Shown: piece by piece, positions 57,525 to 64,000 of the stretch
Position numbering within the stretch: position 1 is the first letter of the stretch
How the letters are laid out: each line of letters opens with the position of its first letter
Virus record (IMG/VR): IMGVR_UViG_3300030090_004128
Span: 66 to 64,065 of that record
Source: a virus
Lineage: Duplodnaviria; Caudoviricetes
Strand: one strand, 5' to 3'
DNA: 64,000 nt
Notes under the pieces: model-generated
The model's input: the letters and a program-made list of their open reading frames with translations, nothing else
The model's database searches: none
What the model was told of the DNA's origin: nothing
Position numbers and translations under genes: made by a program

Positions 57525-58973
57525 TTAAGACTTCTTAATCAGCATGTAACGGTTAGCCGCAAACCCTTCAAAACCTCTTTCACATCTGTAGTGCGATTGT
57601 AGCACGTCAGTTGTGTTAGTTTTGTTTTGTAGAATAGCAGATCCCGTTAACCAGTGCTCCATATCTCTCGAATAACCATTAGCAGCTTTATATCGTATTC
57701 TCAACGATGGAATACTTTCACCAGATTTAGCGTCTTTTTTCATATCCATAGGAATACAAACACCATATCCAGGATAGTTAAATCCAGAAGCACCTAATAA
57801 TCGTGGGTGATTAAACAAATCATAAGTTTTCTTATGGAATGTATATCCACCTCTACTGAAAGAATTAAACCCTAAGTTTAACGCCATGTTTTTATTATTT
57901 TGAAAAGTACCAAAATTAGCACCACCCGCAGCATACGCACCTTGAGCAGCTAATAAGTCATCGATATCTAGAGATAAATCAATACCAGCATAAATGCAGT
58001 ATTCTTTAGCACCTCTATATTTATCTAATGATTTAATCATAGCGTCAAAGTCTGCCATTGTAATTGAAGCAGCACCTAAGTCCATAGACTGTCCGTCTGT
58101 TTCAATCCAAGGAAGTAAACCTTGAGTTCCTCTAAGTGTTGAGTTATCAGCAACGTTGTTACCAGATTTAAAAGCTGTTGTAGTAGCCTCTAAAGTAGCG
58201 TTGTCAATATCCTCACCTAACATCATCATAATCTCAGAATAATCCAAGAATCTCTTATAAGTGTCTGATTCACCTTTTAAATACCATACATACCCTGAGC
58301 CCATTTTTTCATTGTCAACTTTTACGTAAACAACATTTGTAGCCTCAGAACCTGTTACTTCAAAAGATTCTTTTAAGATCATACATTTATTAGAATATTC
58401 ATGTACTAGCGGAGATAAACTATCTGGCTGTGATCCTCCTTCTGGATGAGCATTACCAATAATAGCAAATTCATAATCCACTCCCGTTGATTTAGCACCT
58501 GCACCACCAGTTGCAATAGAGTACATTGTTACTTGATATGTACCCGCATTCGGGAAAGTTGTAGCTGTTACATAGAACATATCACCATCTTTATCTCGTA
58601 GAATATCACCAGGTCGAACTGGAGTATATTCACTAGTAGTACCTGCAAAGTTTGCAGCAAAACCACCAGCTTGTACCGCTAAAGTCACTGACGCTGCTCC
58701 AGGAGCTGCACCAGGGAATTGTCCTGTAATGCTATTGTGTCTGAACGCTTCTTCATAGTGTTCAAACGTAGTGTTGTTCGATGGAGCTTTTGAGCCCATC
58801 AATTCCATAAGTCCCGTAATACCTTGTTCGCCATAACGCTTAACAAGTTTTTCAGAGACATCTCTTTGACGTAAAGAGTTCGTAGTTAAATTACTTACGT
58901 AGTTCTCATTGGTTGCAATTTGAACCGCAGAAGGTTTAACATGAACTTGTCCGCCTAAACTTACTGTAGCCAT
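57525..58973 (-). CDS. Major capsid protein
   Basis: 482 aa after scaffold; ILKESFEVTGS, WYLKGE, GTQGL, LGFNSFSRGGYTFHK, HYRCERG. Confidence 0.88.
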   Translation of the reverse strand: MATVSLGGQVHVKPSAVQIATNENYVSNLTTNSLRQRDVSEKLVKRYGEQGITGLMELMGSKAPSNNTTFEHYEEAFRHNSITGQFPGAAPGAASVTLAVQAGGFAANFAGTTSEYTPVRPGDILRDKDGDMFYVTATTFPNAGTYQVTMYSIATGGAGAKSTGVDYEFAIIGNAHPEGGSQPDSLSPLVHEYSNKCMILKESFEVTGSEATNVVYVKVDNEKMGSGYVWYLKGESDTYKRFLDYSEIMMMLGEDIDNATLEATTTAFKSGNNVADNSTLRGTQGLLPWIETDGQSMDLGAASITMADFDAMIKSLDKYRGAKEYCIYAGIDLSLDIDDLLAAQGAYAAGGANFGTFQNNKNMALNLGFNSFSRGGYTFHKKTYDLFNHPRLLGASGFNYPGYGVCIPMDMKKDAKSGESIPSLRIRYKAANGYSRDMEHWLTGSAILQNKTNTTDVLQSHYRCERGFEGFAANRYMLIKKS

Positions 58974-59006
58974 TTTATATTATTTTTTAACTATTAATTA
59001 TTATTA

Positions 59007-60158
59007 TTATCTAATCCACATTGATCCTGTTCCATTCATTTGATCATCTAGTTCGTCTAAAATATCCTTTTTCTGATCCACATTTTGTCTAGGTTCGTTA
59101 TTAAACGAAGGATTTTTAATATCCCTTACTACCTGCTCGGTTCCCTTAGACCTGTATTGATTAGCTACACTTCTTATTATATCTTGAAAATTATTCAATA
59201 CAAACATATCAGTATTTAACTTATCAAAATTCCAGTTACCATCTTTTGATATATATTGATTAAAGAAAGAGTTTAAATTAGAATTTGCATCCACCAAACC
59301 TTTTCTATGATCATCTGTTAAGGAAAAAGTAAATTTCTCCCCAGAATCATTAATATCAAATGTTATAGACTCAACCTCATCAACTTGAGATGACATATTT
59401 TTAACCCAATCTTGCCTTACAGCTTCCTGTTCGGCTGAATTATCTTTTTTGTTTTCAACAGGCATTCTATATTTTTCCTGCATCTCTATAAGATTCTTCC
59501 TTGCGTTAGCAACATCCTTCTTAAGTTCAATTTTACCAAGAGTTTTTTCAGCATCACTATGTTTATCCTTGCCTAACTTATATTTAGATTCTATTAAAAC
59601 ATTTACTTCATCCATACTTAATTCAGGATTTTCTTGCTTTAAAGTTAGTCTCATAACATCTTCATTAGACATTTTAGAATAATCAACAGCTTGCGTTCTA
59701 ATGTAGTCCGCCATACTTCTCCCTGTCTCATTAATAAAATTATTCATCTTCTCTATCTGCTCGTTAGCGAAAGATGTTTTTTTACTAGACAAAGCATTAC
59801 TGAAAGAATCAATAGAATCAAAGTCTTGTTTAAACTGCTCGTTTATAAACTTTAAAAACTCTTGCTTATTCTTATTAGTAACTTCGTTAGCGTCTACAAC
59901 CTCTTTTTGAGATTGATTACTAGATTCATTATTTAAAGAACGATCAACATTATCCTGTGATTCTGATACAGACTCTTTTGGAGCCTCTACAGTTTCATCA
60001 GTTTTACTTTCTGTTGTGGTTTCTGTACTTTCTTGAGGTTGTTCAGTTTGAGTTGTTAAATCAACCGTTGTAGGTTGAAGCATTTGCTCCTGTACACCAT
60101 CTGAAATTACTTCTCCACTTAATTGTTCAGCGATTAAATCGCCCATTTCATCTGCCAT
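59007..60158 (-). CDS. Capsid scaffolding protein
   Basis: Acidic disordered N-terminus; TGRSMADY...DYSKMS; located between portal and capsid genes. Confidence 0.7.
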   Translation of the reverse strand: MADEMGDLIAEQLSGEVISDGVQEQMLQPTTVDLTTQTEQPQESTETTTESKTDETVEAPKESVSESQDNVDRSLNNESSNQSQKEVVDANEVTNKNKQEFLKFINEQFKQDFDSIDSFSNALSSKKTSFANEQIEKMNNFINETGRSMADYIRTQAVDYSKMSNEDVMRLTLKQENPELSMDEVNVLIESKYKLGKDKHSDAEKTLGKIELKKDVANARKNLIEMQEKYRMPVENKKDNSAEQEAVRQDWVKNMSSQVDEVESITFDINDSGEKFTFSLTDDHRKGLVDANSNLNSFFNQYISKDGNWNFDKLNTDMFVLNNFQDIIRSVANQYRSKGTEQVVRDIKNPSFNNEPRQNVDQKKDILDELDDQMNGTGSMWIR

Positions 60159-60236
60159 AATATATTAAATTAAATTAAACCTTTTTTGCAAAAATATAAC
60201 ATTTACAGATATAATCAAATTATCCATAAGTTTTTT

Positions 60237-62633
60237 TTACATTCCTAATTCTAAATCAGGATCCCCTATAGGACCCTCTTTACCTTTTCTTTGCTCTATC
60301 ATTTTAGATTGAAAATGTGCACTTTTAGCTACCGTTTTCTCTCTAGACTCTCCTTGAGCTTTATTAGCTGCAACTTTTCCAATATTACCAGCTTGTATTT
60401 CTTTTAACTTTCTAACATGAGCAGCTTCCTCAAATTGATTTTTCATTTGATACTCCATCTGTAATTTTTGCATATCAAACTGAGCATCCATCTCCTTCAT
60501 TTTAGCGTCTATCTGAGCTTGCATTTGTAATTCTTGTTGCTTCATTTGTGCGGCCATAGCAGCTGATTGTTGCTGTTGTTGAGCGTTACTTTGAGATTGA
60601 GCCTGAACCATTTTCATCTGCTCCTCCTGATACTTCTTTCTCCTTAACATTAACATTCTAGATCCTAACTTAGGATTATTAATATCTCTTATCATTATAG
60701 CATCTTCTATTCTTAACTCTTTTTGAGCTAAAGACATTTGTATAGCTTGTTCTAATTGAGCTTTTTCTTGTTCATCTGGAGCTATTTCTATACCTATTCC
60801 AAAATCATGAAGAGAAATTTCTTTATTAACCTCTATCGTTCTCATTACAGACTTTCCAAGTGCAGACATATAACCCTTTACAGGTTTGTCATAATCAACT
60901 ATATCTTGAAGTTTCATGCAAATAGACTTAGCTAAATTTTCAACCACCTTATTAAATCCATCATCTATAGCTCTAGTAGCATTATTAGATGCCATTAATT
61001 GTATTTTCTGAACACCAACCAAAGCCTCACTAGATGGTTTAGCACCATCTCTAGCTTCATTAACACCTGTAACATCCCGAATCATACCTAGGTTGTGTTG
61101 ATATATTTGTATGAGTTGCATCATATCTCTACCTATACCATTCTCAAGTTCTTGTATGGGAATAGTATTAGAAGCTACACCTTCATCATCCACACGTCTA
61201 TAATATATATTACCAGTTTGATCATAAATCTCCTGTAATTCTAGAGGTGTAAATGTCCCCCCATCACCCTTAGAAACATTCTCTAAAGATCCTATTTCAA
61301 AAGCAGCTCCTTTTGGTCTAGCTTTAGCTAAAACTTGTTGCATTTTTAAATGTGCTAATTGTATCTGATCAGCAAAAGGCATCATTCTTTCAACTAAAGA
61401 TACATTACGCATATTATTTAAATTAGGACTATATATTATGTATGATAATTTTGTTTCGGAAAGATTAGATTTAGGTCTAGACATATTCTTAGCTAATCCA
61501 TAATCAAAAATATAATCAGTTCCAACTATATACTTTCCACTATAAACAACTTTTACTGTGCTGTTTAATTGTTCTCTTTTATATTTGGATTTTTTAGGAG
61601 GTTTATACCCCTTCTTTCTTTTACTAACAGAATAACCTCCAAATGCGTTATCTTTTTTCTCATAGTTTAAATCGTAAGTTGATATAAATTCAGCGTCCAT
61701 TATTTGAACAGAAAATTTATCATGCTCACTAGCGTAAGATGAATAGTTACCAAAAGACCTCCCATACAAGCTATCCTCATCTCTAAGTTTATTAGCATGA
61801 TTTGTTGCTATATCATTATACTCATCTTCAGTAAACTGATCTCCAGCCATTTCTTTTAACTGTGCTATAGTCACTGTATAAATCTCTCCCGCATGTTGAA
61901 TGTTTCTATAATCAGAAGACTGTGAATGTGAAGTTATTAGATTCAAAGGATCAACATATCTTATTTTTATACCTTCAGATGAATGTATGTATGTTTTTAT
62001 CGCAGCTGTTCCCACAACAACCAAATCTCTTATACATTTCTTTTTTATCTCGTCAAAATCATTTTGCTGAAGAACAAACTCTATACCTCTCTCTATAGAA
62101 ACCTCATGTGCCTGCTTATAGTTTAAACTCATAAATAGTTGAATCTCCTCCATGTCGCCAGCAATAAAACCTTTTTTATTATGATCAAAGCCTGTTTTTT
62201 GAGAAATCTTTTGTCTAATTGGAGCGTTCATCATATCAGCTACCATTTTTCTCCTATCTGAATCTCTTTTATCTACAGATAATTTATCTATAGCGTTAGC
62301 TTTTATAGCAAACTCTCTATTTGTCATATCACCACATACAACATCAACGAATTTAGGTATTATAGAAACTGGAGTCCAATCAATATTCATGTACGAAGAA
62401 TCACCCTCGACATCTAATAGGTCTTTATATTTAGAAACACTTTGAGTCCCTTCCGCATAAGCTCTCATTTTATTAAAAGCTCTCTTCTTATCTTGATAAG
62501 CTAGTTCTGTACTATTTTTCCAATCAGAATACATAGTCTTAAAATACTGAAGACCATACTCTTTTGTTTCTTTTTCCTTATTTGTTGCGAAGATTGTAGG
62601 ATAACCTCCTATTAATTCAAATTCTTTTTTCAT
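60237..62633 (-). CDS. Portal protein
   Basis: 798 aa after TerL; YMNIDWTPVSIIPKFVD, IRDVTGVNEARDG, Q-rich coiled-coil C-terminus. Confidence 0.9.
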   Translation of the reverse strand: MKKEFELIGGYPTIFATNKEKETKEYGLQYFKTMYSDWKNSTELAYQDKKRAFNKMRAYAEGTQSVSKYKDLLDVEGDSSYMNIDWTPVSIIPKFVDVVCGDMTNREFAIKANAIDKLSVDKRDSDRRKMVADMMNAPIRQKISQKTGFDHNKKGFIAGDMEEIQLFMSLNYKQAHEVSIERGIEFVLQQNDFDEIKKKCIRDLVVVGTAAIKTYIHSSEGIKIRYVDPLNLITSHSQSSDYRNIQHAGEIYTVTIAQLKEMAGDQFTEDEYNDIATNHANKLRDEDSLYGRSFGNYSSYASEHDKFSVQIMDAEFISTYDLNYEKKDNAFGGYSVSKRKKGYKPPKKSKYKREQLNSTVKVVYSGKYIVGTDYIFDYGLAKNMSRPKSNLSETKLSYIIYSPNLNNMRNVSLVERMMPFADQIQLAHLKMQQVLAKARPKGAAFEIGSLENVSKGDGGTFTPLELQEIYDQTGNIYYRRVDDEGVASNTIPIQELENGIGRDMMQLIQIYQHNLGMIRDVTGVNEARDGAKPSSEALVGVQKIQLMASNNATRAIDDGFNKVVENLAKSICMKLQDIVDYDKPVKGYMSALGKSVMRTIEVNKEISLHDFGIGIEIAPDEQEKAQLEQAIQMSLAQKELRIEDAIMIRDINNPKLGSRMLMLRRKKYQEEQMKMVQAQSQSNAQQQQQSAAMAAQMKQQELQMQAQIDAKMKEMDAQFDMQKLQMEYQMKNQFEEAAHVRKLKEIQAGNIGKVAANKAQGESREKTVAKSAHFQSKMIEQRKGKEGPIGDPDLELGM

Positions 62634-64000
62634 CTATATTTTCTTAGACATTAATCCTATATTCCTATATTTTTTCACAAAGTTAAGATTTATTTTTGGA
62701 ATTTTCTTTTCTATTACATATTTTTGTGCCGCTAAAAGAGCTAAACTTGAAGCTACTGTGGCATCATACTTTGTTCTATTTGATGGTTCAAACCTACTCC
62801 AATCATCTAAAAGTCTATTAAAATAACATTTACCCATCTCTTGAGTATCTGCATTCATACCCACATAATCATAAACATAACTAGCTACAGCTTCCGTTTG
62901 AGCATTAAGAACAGCTACACCAGTAGAAGGTATTCCTTTTGTTTGTTGTTTCCTACTACTCTCTGTGTGTGTAGACTCTGGTCTATCCATTAGATAATTA
63001 TAATAACCTCTTCTTTCAAAATATTTTATTATACCTATTTTATTATTTTCTATAAGTATTGGGCACCCATAAAAGACGCAAGTTTTTAAAACATCTTCAT
63101 AAAACATCTCAGCCTTTGGAGGTCTAGCTATATACTCACAAACAAACTGATTGGAAAAGTCATCTATCATGCTAAATTTCTTATACACATAACAGGCAGC
63201 ATCAGATCTTCTACCATCGGTAGTTGTATCATGATCATAAGGGTCACATCCAGCAACCATTTCAATATCATTACCAGGAGCTTTTTTATTATATATCATT
63301 TTAATCTTATTCCGCCTATCCTCTGGTGGTATCCAAGAAATTCTCCATCTACCTTGAGAACCTGGCTTCCACATTACGGTTGTATCTTTTTCTCCATTAC
63401 TCCAAATAAAATCACCTTTAACTATTAAATTTCTAGCTTCCTCATTGTAATCCATTTGTTGATATATTCTTTCTACATCAAAAGGACTATATCTTGAATC
63501 ACTCCTAAATGCTTCATCAATAGTAAATGGTCTTTGTCTTTTTTCTTCAGATAACTTAGTGGTGTTCCCTTGATAAGCGTCTCTTATGTTTTGTAAATAT
63601 TCTTTAGCTCCTATTTTTTTACCTATAAATTTAGCTTGATCTTTAGTTGGTGTATCAATAACAGAAAACCCATATTCATCTATAAATCCTTCATACCCAT
63701 CATACGCTGGTGTAAAATAAGAATACATACCTGATCTCGTTCTACCATTGGCATCTCTCTCCTCTATATCACTATCATACCATATATTTTTAAAGTTCTC
63801 ACCTCCAGATATTTCTAATTCATTAACAGTAGATGGCATAAAACATCTTCCTATTATCTTATCCCCTAGAGTTAAACACGACCTAACAACTTCCCAATTC
63901 TTCTCAACACTAGCCTCTGTCCATTTACCAGCCTCATCACATAAATATCTTATTAGCTTAACTGAGTCATATGAATTTTCCCTAGTGTTTCTCCAATCTA
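62634..64000 (-). CDS. terL: Terminase large subunit, C-terminal part (frame open to window end)
   Basis: IDWRNTRENSYDSVKLIRYLCDEAGKW (Walker B), GCDPYD RNase H-like nuclease motif, ENNK, KYDATV. Confidence 0.92.
   Translation of the reverse strand, partial: DWRNTRENSYDSVKLIRYLCDEAGKWTEASVEKNWEVVRSCLTLGDKIIGRCFMPSTVNELEISGGENFKNIWYDSDIEERDANGRTRSGMYSYFTPAYDGYEGFIDEYGFSVIDTPTKDQAKFIGKKIGAKEYLQNIRDAYQGNTTKLSEEKRQRPFTIDEAFRSDSRYSPFDVERIYQQMDYNEEARNLIVKGDFIWSNGEKDTTVMWKPGSQGRWRISWIPPEDRRNKIKMIYNKKAPGNDIEMVAGCDPYDHDTTTDGRRSDAACYVYKKFSMIDDFSNQFVCEYIARPPKAEMFYEDVLKTCVFYGCPILIENNKIGIIKYFERRGYYNYLMDRPESTHTESSRKQQTKGIPSTGVAVLNAQTEAVASYVYDYVGMNADTQEMGKCYFNRLLDDWSRFEPSNRTKYDATVASSLALLAAQKYVIEKKIPKINLNFVKKYRNIGLMSKKI

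Noticed and set aside
1-64000. Stop-codon reassignment as in some crAss-like phages
   Set aside because: Long genes are intact under code 11, TAG and TGA end tightly packed genes, and no suppressor tRNA was seen

Overview
This window is almost certainly a near-complete, circularly permuted genome (~64 kb, AT-rich, standard genetic code) of a tailed dsDNA phage of a Bacteroidota host, probably a marine flavobacterium. The host call rests on TAnnTTTG/-33 TTTG promoters, SD-less A-rich translation starts and a T9SS-CTD-like protein. The terminase large subunit is split across the two window ends. The minus strand carries a crAss-like podovirus virion module: portal, scaffold, major capsid, three paralogous capsid-adjacent proteins, ring/tail proteins, muzzle-like protein, cargo proteins and a 3862-aa polyvalent protein. 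It also carries tail-fibre-like genes, a GroES-like gene and a cluster of host-envelope genes. The plus strand carries a train of small early ORFs (11.1-18.4 kb) and a replication/recombination module (Rad52/Sak-like, RecE-like, DnaA-C HTH, primase-helicase, T7 endonuclease I-like). I recognised no DNA polymerase, RNA polymerase, integrase, tRNA or CRISPR array. The most interesting signals are RNA-level and recoding features absent from the ORF track: (1) a promoter- and terminator-bounded ~80-nt minus-strand sRNA candidate antisense to the shared AAAACUAUG initiation motif of many early/middle genes; (2) a type I hammerhead ribozyme between early ORFs; (3) an A10 slippery site with apparent dual coding at the start of the giant protein; (4) a three-way-junction RNA candidate; (5) an unannotated ArfA-like peptide; (6) a SAM-lyase-like domain inside the giant protein. 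All assignments are from motif recognition by eye; no searches were run.
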